Origin: Coleofasciculus sp. B1-GNL1-01
GTDB taxonomy: Bacteria; Cyanobacteriota; Cyanobacteriia; Cyanobacteriales; Coleofasciculaceae
DNA length: 47,057 nucleotides
Strand: one strand, 5' to 3'
NCBI GenBank assembly: GCA_040220235.1
Contig: JAVJTO010000099.1
Shown here: positions 1-9,773 of the stretch, in pieces
Position numbering within the stretch: the stretch's first letter is position 1
Layout of the letters: each line of letters opens with the position of its first letter
Translations under genes and position numbers: made by a program
Notes under the pieces: model-generated
What the model was told of the DNA's origin: nothing
Seen by the model: only the letters and a program-made list of their open reading frames with translations
The model's database searches: none

Positions 1-135
1 CCGACTCCGGTACAAAGGAAGGCTTTAGATTTGTTGGGTGTCAGCCTAATATGTACCCAGTGAAGCCGAAAGTGAAATCGCCCTAAGTCTGGATAGGCAT
101 ACAGTGTAGCGATTTGTCAAAGGGGAACTTCAGAT
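1..135 (+). mobile_element. 3' end of a probable IS1634-like transposase (frame 1, PTPVQRKALDLLGVSLICTQ*, stop 61-63) and putative IS right end near GGGGAACTTCAG (122-133)
   Basis: Manual translation. PTPxQxKAxDLLGV resembles the C-terminus of IS1634-like DDE transposases. Truncated by the window edge, so the family call is tentative. Confidence 0.45.
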
Positions 136-226
136 TAAACCTTATCATTGACCGAATTGTTGACAATAAACGCTCATTGTTACTGTCGTCTTATATAACT
201 ACTTAATCGATCAGTTGTGTTTCTCC

Positions 227-244
227 GACTTATTCAGCAGACCC
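227..244. repeat. Orphan IS/MITE terminal inverted repeat GACTTATTCAGCAGACCC
   Basis: 18 bp identical to 24355-24372, the end of the MITE inside the DUF3160 gene. Confidence 0.75.
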
Positions 245-367
245 TATTTTAGGTGGGTCACGCCACTACTAACCTGTAGATGGTTCGTTACAATTAATCC
301 TACGTTCCCGAATAATTCTATTTCTTTGGATACCTCTTCCATTGTTGAACCACGGCTTAATGACTAA

Positions 368-1630
368 TTAGGGTTGCCGACAAATGCCAAATACTGACGT
401 GTAGCCGTGTAAAAATGTACTCCCGCCTACGGGTCCAATTTCGCCATTACAGAAGAAACCGCCAACGGAAATATTATTGATATAGCGACACAAGAGTTGG
501 GAATCAAAATCGGGTTTGCCATACAATCCTTGACCCCGCCCTAAACAGGAAAACATTAAGGCTCCCGCCATTTCTGGGGTAGGATTGACTTGGTTTTGAT
601 AATTCTGTAAAAGTAATTGTAAGTCTTCTTCAGAGGTGCGGGCGTCTCGTAAATGGAACTGAATCCGTTGACCAGGGCGCACCCGATCGCCGATCGCGAT
701 CGCACCCAGTCTGGGATCAACGCCTAACAGATTACGAATAAGGAAATCCCCTTGACCCAGATTTTGCTTAAATTCATCACGGGCAATACCAATAAATAGG
801 GAATGTTGCGCCAATTCGCGATCGCTCTCACTCAAGTTTTGAATTACGTCACGCAGCACAGCTAGCGGCGGCTGGGATTCAACCTCACTGAAGCTCATCC
901 CATTACTATCCGTCAGTTCCAGTACGATATTTCGTTCACCCTTGGTGATCTGATAGGGTTGACCAATGGGACGACAGCCTTGGGCGACAATTGGGTCTAG
1001 TACCACATTCCCACTTAACGCCACGCCAATTGTACCTTCTCGATGGAGCGTACCTCCAGAGTATCGTTCCGAATCACGATAAAATAACCCACTCTGAACT
1101 CCCATGGCACTGGCACTGGCTAAACCTCCCACCTTAACCGAACCCGGATAGGCAAAATCTAGCCCTTGTAACAGATCATTGATTTTCGAGGAAAAGGGAT
1201 CGGCTAATAAGATGAAATGAGGTTGCTCTTGGGGGGAAACCCCAATTAAGTCCACCCAAGCATTAGGAGAACTATCCAAGTCGGGCAAATCACTCCCAGG
1301 AATATGAAACGCCCGAACTGAAACCTCTGGCATACTTGCTAAACTAATTGACAGAGCGGGTTCTGCTTCAATTTCTTGAGGTTGACCTTGGGCATTCATC
1401 CCAATCACGCCACCTCCCCCACAACCAATGATCACAGGTACAGATAACCGTTCTTGTAGCAGGGGCATTAATCGGGAATACTCGCTGGCATAAGCTGAAG
1501 AGATGAACACCAGACCCAAATCCGCAGGCATCGACAACGATTGTTCCAGACGCTCTACCACCTCCGCGATCGCTGTTTCCAAGGATGGACGAGTTGATAA
1601 GGCATTTACCCACTTCATCAAATTTGCCAT
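368..1630 (-). CDS. FIST signal-transduction domain protein (FIST N + FIST C)
   Basis: IGCGGGGVIG, GSVKVGGLAS, VAQGCRPIG, FSCLGRG and GGFFCNGEIGPVGGSTFLHGYT motifs. Confidence 0.92.
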   Translation of the reverse strand: MANLMKWVNALSTRPSLETAIAEVVERLEQSLSMPADLGLVFISSAYASEYSRLMPLLQERLSVPVIIGCGGGGVIGMNAQGQPQEIEAEPALSISLASMPEVSVRAFHIPGSDLPDLDSSPNAWVDLIGVSPQEQPHFILLADPFSSKINDLLQGLDFAYPGSVKVGGLASASAMGVQSGLFYRDSERYSGGTLHREGTIGVALSGNVVLDPIVAQGCRPIGQPYQITKGERNIVLELTDSNGMSFSEVESQPPLAVLRDVIQNLSESDRELAQHSLFIGIARDEFKQNLGQGDFLIRNLLGVDPRLGAIAIGDRVRPGQRIQFHLRDARTSEEDLQLLLQNYQNQVNPTPEMAGALMFSCLGRGQGLYGKPDFDSQLLCRYINNISVGGFFCNGEIGPVGGSTFLHGYTSVFGICRQP

Positions 1631-2010
1631 GACTTTTACTGAGGTTTTCCCTGGCTAGGGTTTTTTCGGGTTGGCTACAGGTGCAAAGCCTTATGATAAC
1701 TCCAATTCGGCTAACTCCCAAGGGACTGGGGTCAGAACGCAGGGAAGCCAAGGTGGAGGGGAGGAGAAGAAATGAGATTTTACGATATTTCTAGGCTTGG
1801 GGGATAAATACTGCTAAACAGCCCCTACTTCCGGTAGTCAAGTAGATCGTGTAGAATTGTAAACAGCGTATCGGCTTCTGCGAAACGCTAAACTATAGAA
1901 TCTTAATGATCTCTAAGTACCGACTTGGATATATTTCAGGGCGGTCAACACCAAATAAATAGGCGTTCTGTACAATACATTAGTGCAGTAATCAGGAAAA
2001 AAGGAAAGCC

Positions 2011-2235
2011 ATGAGTGATATTCAAGAACAAATCGATCGGGAGCGTCAGCAAGCTAGAACAGTTTGTAACACTGAAGGCGCAGAGTCTCAAGAGTGTGCA
2101 GTAGCTTGGGATTCTGTCGAAGAGTTACAAGCTGAGGCAGCACACCAAAAGCAAAAAGGCACAAAGAAAACCTCCTTCGAGAAGTATTGCGAAGAAAATC
2201 CTGATGCAGATGAGTGCCGCGTCTACGACGAATAA
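2011..2235 (+). CDS. cp12: Calvin cycle regulator CP12
   Basis: AWDSVEEL core motif, N-terminal Cys pair and C-terminal CEENPDADECRVYDE Cys pair. Confidence 0.96.
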   Translation: MSDIQEQIDRERQQARTVCNTEGAESQECAVAWDSVEELQAEAAHQKQKGTKKTSFEKYCEENPDADECRVYDE

Positions 2236-2295
2236 GGGACTCTTCGTCTGCTATACGTGCCGATTTTGTGTGGATGAATTCAGTGAATCAGTTGG

Positions 2296-2335
2296 GTGGC
2301 TGGAACTCCTTCGGGTGATTCCGGCTGCTTTTTTT
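2296..2335 (+). terminator. Rho-independent terminator after cp12
   Basis: GTGGCTGGAA...TTCCGGCTGC stem with TTCG loop, followed by T7. Confidence 0.7.
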
Positions 2336-2497
2336 GTTCCTGAGAACCGTTGTTCAGGACACTAGAACACCCGTCCAGTAATTAAAATCGATAATATTCC
2401 CGAAGCGGAAATGGCAAGATTACCGTACAATTTGGGAGGTGAACCGATCGCGGTGTCACTATACTGTTAAATCAAAGGAACTCGTCGGCTATTAGCT

Positions 2498-3091
2498 ATG
2501 CCCGATCAACTTCTGCAAGCATTAGTCTGGACAGACTATCGGTTAGCCGTTTTATTTACGGTGTTGATTCCCCTGATCCTAATTATATGGGCTTTTGTTA
2601 AAAAAGCTGATGCCATGGTGCGCCTATTAATTATCTACTGGCGCGTGTCTAGTTTACTGGCAATTACGGTTTATATCATGATTGCCTCGTGGCCCATTGG
2701 TTTTATATCGGGTTGGCTTGCCCGAGTTTTGATTCCCATCTCCCTCTGGTTCTGGGTAGATGTGAATGAGGATATTGAGGATCAACCGACGAATCCGCTG
2801 AAACTTACGCTGACGGCTTGGCGCTGGGCAATAACAATTTACTGTGGGATTGGTGTCTTGTGGAGTCTTCCGGCTCTGGGATGCGCGTTTACTCCAGACG
2901 CTTTGGAAACGTTTGCCTGTAGAGTTTGGCTAGAACCTCCCTTTCTCTTTAAACAATATTTCCATCCTGAGTCTTCTCCTCAATTTTTGGGTTTTATTGG
3001 CATTGTTGGATTATTGATTTATGTTCTGTACTTGAGCTATTTTGTTTTAATTCGCTTAGGGAAACAGGGACGAATCGCGATGGAACAGTAG
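2498..3091 (+). CDS. DUF3177 family membrane protein
   Basis: LVWTDYRLAVLFTV, YWRVSSLLAIT and LWFWVDxNE motifs with several TM helices. Confidence 0.88.
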   Translation: MPDQLLQALVWTDYRLAVLFTVLIPLILIIWAFVKKADAMVRLLIIYWRVSSLLAITVYIMIASWPIGFISGWLARVLIPISLWFWVDVNEDIEDQPTNPLKLTLTAWRWAITIYCGIGVLWSLPALGCAFTPDALETFACRVWLEPPFLFKQYFHPESSPQFLGFIGIVGLLIYVLYLSYFVLIRLGKQGRIAMEQ

Positions 3092-3099
3092 CCAGAAAC

Positions 3100-3247
3100 T
3101 GGGGAAGCTGGGGAAGATGAGGGAGATGGGGGAGATGGGGAAGATGAGGAAGATGAGGGAGTAAACGAATGACAAATGATAAATAACAAATGACAAATAA
3201 CAAATAACAAATGACAAATGACGAATGACGAATGACAAATGACGAAT
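3100..3247. repeat. 9-mer (GGGAAGATG-like) tandem array followed by 7-mer ATGACAA/ATGACGA STRR-type array
   Basis: Directly visible tandem repeats. Confidence 0.9.
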
Positions 3248-3259
3248 CACCAGTCAACC

Positions 3260-3565
3260 ATGAACCAAGGAACTTCTATTGGACAGCGTTTAGAACAATA
3301 CACAATTAAGTATCCTCAAGAAGTCTTACTCGTTACCGCTAAAATTGCTGGCGAAGAGGATCAGATTGCTATTTACAAGGGGTTTTCTAGTTCGTTGATG
3401 CGTCCAACAGCTTTCGATCCGGATGTGCCTGTCTTACCACCCGAAGCAGAAATTGTCAAAATTGATCGCGTCGCTAGTCCCTATAATCCGGATGCACCTC
3501 GTTACATTCAGCAGGGGTTAACTGGGGAGGCGATTCAGCCGTTGTTGATAGATGCTGGTGTTTAA
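3260..3565 (+). CDS. Conserved cyanobacterial/plastid hypothetical protein
   Basis: RLEQYT...IYKGFSSSLMRPTAFDPDVPVLP...PYNP motif. The ATG at 3260 is preferred over 3239, which lies within the repeat. Confidence 0.8.
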   Translation: MNQGTSIGQRLEQYTIKYPQEVLLVTAKIAGEEDQIAIYKGFSSSLMRPTAFDPDVPVLPPEAEIVKIDRVASPYNPDAPRYIQQGLTGEAIQPLLIDAGV

Positions 3566-3769
3566 GATTAAGCCTTCCCAACTGCCTTGGGTTTTAACTC
3601 AAGAATCAACGCGAAAGTCAGCTCAAACATACGGTTTGTTGAATCAGAACAAGGAGTATTTATATCAACTCAGTGCTAGGGGAATCAATACAAAATGCTA
3701 TTAGTTAACACGACGTTTCGCGTACAGTGATAAGTAGTTACATGCTGATCAAATGGAGTTAACCGAGTT

Positions 3770-5137
3770 ATGAGTTACGATTTTAATCTGTTTGTTATTG
3801 GTGGCGGTTCAGGCGGAATTGCCACAGCACGACGAGCAGCACAATATGGGGCAAAGGTAGGAGTAGCCGAATTCAGCCGCTTGGGAGGAACCTGTGTGAA
3901 TCGCGGCTGTATTCCCAAAAAACTGATGGTTTATTCCTCTCATTTTCCGGAGGTGTTTGAAGAAGCCCAAGGGTATGGCTGGAGTCCTGTACAAAGCACT
4001 CTCGACTGGCATAAAATGATCGAGGCGGTGCAAAAAGAACTTGAACGCCTCAATGGGGTTTATCTGCGAATGTTGGATAATTCCGAAGTGCAACTGTTTC
4101 GGGGTTATGCCAAGTTTGTTGACCCTCATACGTTAGAGATTTTTGAGTCTCCCAATAGCAGTACGGCGTCACATAGAGTGAGTGCGGATAAAATTTTGAT
4201 TGCCGTGGGTGGACACCCGGTTACGCCAAATATTCCGGGTATAGAACATGCGATTATCTCCGATGATATGTTCTTACTCAAGGAGCAACCTAAGCGAGTG
4301 GTGATTCTCGGCGGTGGCTACATCGGTGTAGAATTTGCTTGTATTATGCATGGCTTGGGTTCTGAAGTGACTCAAATTATCCGCAAAGAGAAGATTTTGC
4401 GGGGGTTTGATGACGATGTTCGCACTCAAATCCAGGAGGGAATGCAGCAACACGGTGTCCGGATTTTAGAGGGTAGCGTACCGACGGCGATTGAAAAGAC
4501 AGGAGATGGATTAAAGGTTACGGTTTGCGGTAAGCATGAGGAAACCGTAATCGGGGATATCTTTCTCGCCGCCACAGGGCGCAAGCCGAATCTCCAGAAT
4601 CTAGGGCTGGATAAGGCTGGAGTCGATGTCTGTCAAGATGCGATCGCGGTGGATGAGTATAGCCGTACTTCTCAACCTCATATCTATGCGGTTGGGGATT
4701 GCACAGATCGGATTAATTTGACGCCCGTTGCGATTAACGAAGGGCGTGCCTTTGCCGATACAGAATTTGGCGGCAAATCTCGGGTTATGAGTTATGAAAA
4801 TGTCCCCTCGGCGGTATTTAGTACCCCAGAAGCAGCAACGGTAGGCTTAACCGAAGCCCAAGCCAGGGAAAAGCATGGCGATGCGGTGAAAGTCTATCGC
4901 GCCCGTTTCCGCCCCTTGTACCACACTCTCACTGGTCGAGAGGAACGGGTTATGGTGAAGTTAGTGGTTGACGAAACCACGGATAAAGTGCTAGGAGCGC
5001 ACATGGTTGGAGCATCAGCGGCGGAGATTATTCAGGGCGTTGCGATCGCTGTGAAAATGGGAGCGAAAAAAGCCGATTTTGATGCTACCGTTGGTATTCA
5101 TCCCTCGACCTCTGAGGAGTTTGTTACCTTGCGGTGA
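3770..5137 (+). CDS. gor: Glutathione-disulfide reductase
   Basis: GGGSGG FAD-binding motif, GGTCVNRGCIPKK redox Cys pair, GGGYIG NADPH-binding motif, GIHPSTSEE C-terminus. Confidence 0.96.
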   Translation: MSYDFNLFVIGGGSGGIATARRAAQYGAKVGVAEFSRLGGTCVNRGCIPKKLMVYSSHFPEVFEEAQGYGWSPVQSTLDWHKMIEAVQKELERLNGVYLRMLDNSEVQLFRGYAKFVDPHTLEIFESPNSSTASHRVSADKILIAVGGHPVTPNIPGIEHAIISDDMFLLKEQPKRVVILGGGYIGVEFACIMHGLGSEVTQIIRKEKILRGFDDDVRTQIQEGMQQHGVRILEGSVPTAIEKTGDGLKVTVCGKHEETVIGDIFLAATGRKPNLQNLGLDKAGVDVCQDAIAVDEYSRTSQPHIYAVGDCTDRINLTPVAINEGRAFADTEFGGKSRVMSYENVPSAVFSTPEAATVGLTEAQAREKHGDAVKVYRARFRPLYHTLTGREERVMVKLVVDETTDKVLGAHMVGASAAEIIQGVAIAVKMGAKKADFDATVGIHPSTSEEFVTLR

Positions 5138-5166
5138 TGTGAACCATGAACCATGAACCATAAATC

Positions 5167-5724
5167 ATGAAAGATGGGCGTCTAATTACTACCATTTTCC
5201 TGATGCTACTCTCACCTGTGGCTACAGTTAACGTCAACGCTGTAGCCACAGCAGCAACCCATCTCCTGAAAGATGCAGATACAGTACGCCAACTGCTAGA
5301 AACCAATAGCTGTATGGGGTGTGATTTACGAGAGGTAAAACTAGAAGACGCTAAACTCAAAGGAGCCAACCTGCGAGGTGCTAATCTCCGATTGGCTCAA
5401 TTAAGTAGGGTTGAACTCAGCCGTGCTGACTTGGTGAATGCTATTCTCAGGAATGCCGACTTGATGGAGGCTTCTCTGGTGGATACCAACCTTAGTAATG
5501 CGGACTTGAGAGATACAAACCTGATCGATAGTTTTCTCACCCGCGCCAATTTGAGCAACGCTCTATTAGAGAATGCCAATCTCACTAATGCTTATCTCAA
5601 AGGCGCAAACTTAGAGGGCGCAAATTTACAGGGGGCTAACCTAGACGGGGCTGACTGGCGAGATGCTATTTTATGCCAGACGACGCTAGCAGATGGTACG
5701 GTATCAAATCGAGATTGTTCATGA
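5167..5724 (+). CDS. Secreted/lumenal pentapeptide-repeat protein
   Basis: Signal-peptide-like N-terminus, QLLETNSCMGCDL, A(D/N)Lxx repeats. Confidence 0.88.
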   Translation: MKDGRLITTIFLMLLSPVATVNVNAVATAATHLLKDADTVRQLLETNSCMGCDLREVKLEDAKLKGANLRGANLRLAQLSRVELSRADLVNAILRNADLMEASLVDTNLSNADLRDTNLIDSFLTRANLSNALLENANLTNAYLKGANLEGANLQGANLDGADWRDAILCQTTLADGTVSNRDCS

Positions 5725-5772
5725 ACCGCGCCTTACTTCGTGAAGACGCGGATTGGCAGAGGGAACCTGCCA

Positions 5773-5800
5773 GTAGAGACGCGCCATGGCGCGTCTGTAC
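5773..5800. repeat. GTAG-REP-like palindrome GTAGAGACGCGCCATGGCGCGTCTGTAC
   Basis: Near-perfect palindrome, multicopy in this window. Confidence 0.85.
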
Positions 5801-5875
5801 ATGAATAGGACGTGAGTTGGTAGGGGATAACCACTTCCGAACGCTTCTCTAGTTCGGCTTAAATGTAGGTTGATT

Positions 5876-6010
5876 GGTCATTTGTCATTTGTCATTCGTC
5901 ATTCGTCATTCGTCATTCGTCATTCGTCATACTCGCTCCCTTGAGAAGCAAGCTACGTCATTTGTCATTCGTTTACTCCCTCATCTTCCCCATCTTCCCC
6001 ATCTCCCTCA
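5876..6010. repeat. 7-mer TTCGTCA/TTTGTCA array and 9-mer CCCCATCTT array
   Basis: Visible tandem repeats, reverse orientation of the 3100-3247 cassette. Confidence 0.9.
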
Positions 6011-6014
6011 TTGC

Positions 6015-6893
6015 CTAAAACAATTCTGGACGTACTTCAACAGATGGATTATTATCCGTCACCACGCAATTTGGAGCCGCTACTGTGCCATCAGGAAGCG
6101 TGGTTCGACATAATTGCGCTCCCCGCACATTGACACCTGTTGCTCCCCGAAGATCCGTTTCAATGAGTTTTGCTCCTGTCAAGTTCGCGCCGCTTAAATC
6201 AGCTTCACTGAGATTTGCCCCATTGAAATTGACATTGGTTAAGTCTGCTAATGTCAAATTGGCTCGAAAAAGATTTGTATTGCTTAAATCAGCACCTGTC
6301 ATTCTCGCCGAGCTAAAATTTCCCAAACTCAGAGTTGAGCCACTCAAATTTGCCCCGTATAAAATGACATAAGAGGCAAACGTACCATCTAAGCTAGCAC
6401 CAACGATTTGAGCGCCACTCAAATTGGTATCGTACAACCGAGCGCCGCGAAAATTAGCATTAGCTAAAATGGCACGAGTCAAGTTAGCATAATCTAACTT
6501 GGCATTGCTCAGATTGGCTCCTGTGAGATTGGCGGGAACTTCTGTGACAATTGCCCGATTCACCGATGTTTTAGGACTGAAGTTGGCAGCGCTGAGATCA
6601 ACGCCTCCTAAATTGGCTCCTCTGAGGTCAGCCGATCGCAAATCACAACCGACTAAACTTGGTCGATTTTGCCTCGGCAAAACATACGCTTGTTCGAGAC
6701 GCCTGTCGTATTCAGTTCTTTCACTCAAATTGGCACCAGGAGCTTGTCTGGCTCGCTGACATTGTTGTTGAAAGTCTTGCTCAAAGTCCTCTCGAAACTG
6801 GGCGTTAGCTGGTAGTGTCGAAACACCCAAACCCAGGGCTAGGTAAAATCCTAGGATTTTGATGATTGACCGAAACAGGGGATGTTTATTCAC
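6015..6893 (-). CDS. Secreted pentapeptide-repeat protein
   Basis: Signal peptide ending ANA, long ANLxx repeats, C-terminal LCRTTLPDG. Confidence 0.88.
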   Translation of the reverse strand: MNKHPLFRSIIKILGFYLALGLGVSTLPANAQFREDFEQDFQQQCQRARQAPGANLSERTEYDRRLEQAYVLPRQNRPSLVGCDLRSADLRGANLGGVDLSAANFSPKTSVNRAIVTEVPANLTGANLSNAKLDYANLTRAILANANFRGARLYDTNLSGAQIVGASLDGTFASYVILYGANLSGSTLSLGNFSSARMTGADLSNTNLFRANLTLADLTNVNFNGANLSEADLSGANLTGAKLIETDLRGATGVNVRGAQLCRTTLPDGTVAAPNCVVTDNNPSVEVRPELF

Positions 6894-7127
6894 GACTCTT
6901 CAGTCACTACTAACGTTTAATTTTAGTGAATCATAATGCGACTCAGACCGCATCTCATTTGAGATTTTAGATCTTAGCAGCTTAACTGAGCCTCTTTTGT
7001 TAAGTCAATAGTGTGATAACAAAAACTTATTGACTGAGTTTTACTATCAAATGATAGATGATATTGAGTCTTTGTTCTTTTAGAGTAGAAGTGACAACCA
7101 CCACAATGTATAAAAATTAACGGCAAT

Positions 7128-7889
7128 ATGACAGCACAGCGGAAAAATAGTTCATTTACAGACCACATCAGTGACGCGATCGCAACAACCACTCAAGTCG
7201 CCACGTTTGCCACTCAGTTGGCGACTAAAGCCACGCAATCGGCGGCTGATACCATTACCAGCACAAGCAAGGCTGTAGGAGAAGCTGTTCGCCCTGCGGC
7301 TGTGCGATTCGTAGAACCAGGAACGGAAACGGTGGGCAAAATCTTGACACCTATTGCAGAACACCCGTTGACTAAGTATGCTGCCAAAGTCCCAGGGATT
7401 AGCTTACTCGTTGCTGCATTGGGTCAAGTGGATTTGGAGCAAGCTCAAAAAGACGTAGACAAGCTGCGACAGGAGTACCCGTTTGACACATCCGAACAGC
7501 TAGCTCACCGGATTATGGTGGATACAGCAATCAAAGGAGGTAGGCTGGGATTAATCACCAACTTTATCCCCCCTTTAGCCCTGGCTTTGTTTGGGATTGA
7601 GCTAGCGGCGGTTACAGCACTCCAAGCACAGATGGTTTATCGCATTGCAGCGGCTTATGGATTTTCGCTAAAAGAGCCAACGCGACGCGGTGAAGTTCTG
7701 GCAATTTTTGGCTTATCTGTGGGGGGTTCCGGAGTTCTTAAAGGGGGTTTGAGTTTTGTCGAAATTCTTCCAGTCATTGGTGCAGCCGTGGGAGCTTCTA
7801 GTAATGCAGCTCTCATTTATTCCCTCGGATTCGTTGCTAGTCAGTTTTATGAAGAAAAAAGAAACACCTTGACTCGATATCATGAATAG
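7128..7889 (+). CDS. EcsC/DUF697-like membrane-associated protein
   Basis: LQAQMVYRIAAAYG and PVIGAAVGASSNAALIYSLG motifs. Confidence 0.7.
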   Translation: MTAQRKNSSFTDHISDAIATTTQVATFATQLATKATQSAADTITSTSKAVGEAVRPAAVRFVEPGTETVGKILTPIAEHPLTKYAAKVPGISLLVAALGQVDLEQAQKDVDKLRQEYPFDTSEQLAHRIMVDTAIKGGRLGLITNFIPPLALALFGIELAAVTALQAQMVYRIAAAYGFSLKEPTRRGEVLAIFGLSVGGSGVLKGGLSFVEILPVIGAAVGASSNAALIYSLGFVASQFYEEKRNTLTRYHE

Positions 7890-8494
7890 CGACATTCCCC
7901 CAGCGCCGCCCCTACAATTGACGCATTACTTTTTTTATCGGTAACTAGGATTACTAGACCGATGCTTTAGTGATCGCTATCACGAAAAAGTCCGCTTTTA
8001 CCACACAGTAGCGGAAATTTAGATCACAACAATTGCCCCTATAAATTTCTACCCTAGAAGTGAAGCCCACATTTCGATGTAATTACGTGCTGTCAATCGG
8101 AATGTGGGCGACTGTCAGGGTTTCAGGGGTGCATCTGCCCTTTCATATTCATTTAGGGTCTTTTTTTAGGCAGGGTGCATCTGCTTTCTCTAGTTTCCAT
8201 CAATCATCAGCAAAATGGGTAGAGTTACGATGAAATCTAACCCGCTGAATATAAAAATTGAGTAAAGTTTTATATTTTCCGACCTGCTCGCCACTATCCG
8301 TAAGCCGTCGAAACCAAGGGTCAAAAGCATACTCTCGGACTTTCTGACACAGGGGGTTGAGTTAAGGGCGATCCTAAGCGCGGCAAAAATACTTGAGCAG
8401 CTTCGTAGAGACGATGAAGCAGAGGGAGCAGAGGGAGCTGGGGGACTCTAGTATATTACACTATACAGACGATCTCACTGAGGCAGTTGGTGTT

Positions 8495-9496
8495 TTGAGA
8501 ACCCTTTACTTTTTAGTCCCTGGAACTTATGGCAAGTTTGCTTGCGGCGGTCTTTGGGCGGAGTTGAAAACCCTGAGTCTGGCAAAGCAGGTTTGCCCTG
8601 CGGAGGTGGTCACCTATCGTCAACGGGAAAAGAATACGCTGTTCCTAGATGATTTGCTCAAAAAACAGGATTTAAATAATGTTATTTTTGTGGTCAGTTG
8701 GGGATTTGATAGTCCCAAACTTGTAGCAAAGTTAAAGTTACATCCGGTTATTTACCATGCCCATAGTGCTGGGTATGGATTTCAACTTCCGGCGCGTATC
8801 CCTATTATTACCGTTAGTCGCAATACTATGGGATATTGGGGACAGCGATCGCCTAATTCTTTAATTTACTATTTACCTAATCATATTTCGGAAGAATTCC
8901 AGAACTTCAATCGAGAACGGGATATTGATGTGTTAGTTCAGGCGCGGAAATCGTCTGAGTATTTACTTCAGGACTTGATACCAGAGTTACAGAAGCATTG
9001 TCGCGTTAAAGTTATTGATTCCTACGTCGAGGATTTAGTGGGACTCTTCAATCGAGCTAAAGTTTATTTGTATGATTCGGCTGAGTATTGGGCGCAACAT
9101 GGGGTAAGTGAAGGCTTTGGGCTGCAACCAATGGAAGCCCTTGCTTGTGGCTGTCAGGTTTTTTCGAGTGTGAATGGGGGATTATCGGATTATTTAGATC
9201 CGGGGTTTAATTGCTATAAAATTGCGGTATATTCTCAAGAGTATGATATTAAACGCATTCTCAACGTTATCGAAAATCCGTCACTCAAGCCTTTAGATGA
9301 ACATTTTTTGGCGGAATATCGGGATAAAAATATTATCTATCGCCTGAAAATAATTTTAGCGGATGTCAACAATTTTTTTGATTTAAGCCAAAATAAACCG
9401 AGTAGTATTCCCCGTTTAACAAAAATACGGTTAGCTAAATTAAGGCTCCAGAGTTTTTTGGATAAGCTGCGACAAAAATATAGCGCTACGCGCTAG
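8495..9496 (+). CDS. GT4-like glycosyltransferase
   Basis: EGFGLQPMEALACG motif. Probable TTG start at 8495 (MRTLYFLVPG); the upstream in-frame extension runs through repeats. Confidence 0.85.
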   Translation: MRTLYFLVPGTYGKFACGGLWAELKTLSLAKQVCPAEVVTYRQREKNTLFLDDLLKKQDLNNVIFVVSWGFDSPKLVAKLKLHPVIYHAHSAGYGFQLPARIPIITVSRNTMGYWGQRSPNSLIYYLPNHISEEFQNFNRERDIDVLVQARKSSEYLLQDLIPELQKHCRVKVIDSYVEDLVGLFNRAKVYLYDSAEYWAQHGVSEGFGLQPMEALACGCQVFSSVNGGLSDYLDPGFNCYKIAVYSQEYDIKRILNVIENPSLKPLDEHFLAEYRDKNIIYRLKIILADVNNFFDLSQNKPSSIPRLTKIRLAKLRLQSFLDKLRQKYSATR

Positions 9497-9605
9497 GCAA
9501 TATGCAATAGGCAATAGGCAATAGTGAAGAAAAACACTTACCTGACAAGGGATTGAGCGATTTAATTTTTTTTATTTTGTCCTAACGTGTATGCGTAGCG
9601 CTATA
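9479..9605. mobile_element. Small TA-flanked MITE (TATAGCGCTACGC...GCGTAGCGCTATA) containing GCAATAG 7-mers
   Basis: Perfect 13-bp inverted repeat; related to 41471-41577. Confidence 0.75.
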
Positions 9606-9648
9606 TATCCTTAAAAAATAAATTTTTTTCAACAGATGGCAGCCAATA

Positions 9649-9773
9649 AGTAGGTTGGTGAAAATAAACCAAACGATGTTAGGTTCTGTAAATGTTCCTC
9701 AAACCTTGACAAATGACAAATGACAAATGACAAATGACAAATGACAAATGACAAATGACAAATGACAAATGAC
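9649..9773. repeat. MITE-like end (AGTAGGTTGGTGAAAAT...) followed by (TGACAAA)x9
   Basis: 9649-9710 is similar to 41364-41425. The tandem 7-mers are directly visible. Confidence 0.75.

Noticed and set aside
1368..1751. 127-aa alternative-frame ORF, and the many short antisense ORFs within gor, pentapeptide, NACHT, antiporter and kinase genes
   Set aside because: They overlap well-supported genes and have no recognisable motifs.
2994..3257. ORFs with FVICHLS/PHLPHL repeats (also 5874-6113, 15167-15495)
   Set aside because: Translations of 7-mer and 9-mer intergenic tandem repeats; not credible proteins.
8393..8494. N-terminal extension of the glycosyltransferase
   Set aside because: Runs through GCAGAGGGA repeats. 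The conserved-looking sequence starts at TTG 8495.
9707..9773. Tandem repeats as a possible CRISPR array
   Set aside because: Uninterrupted 7-mers without spacers. No repeat-spacer array or cas genes were seen anywhere in the window.
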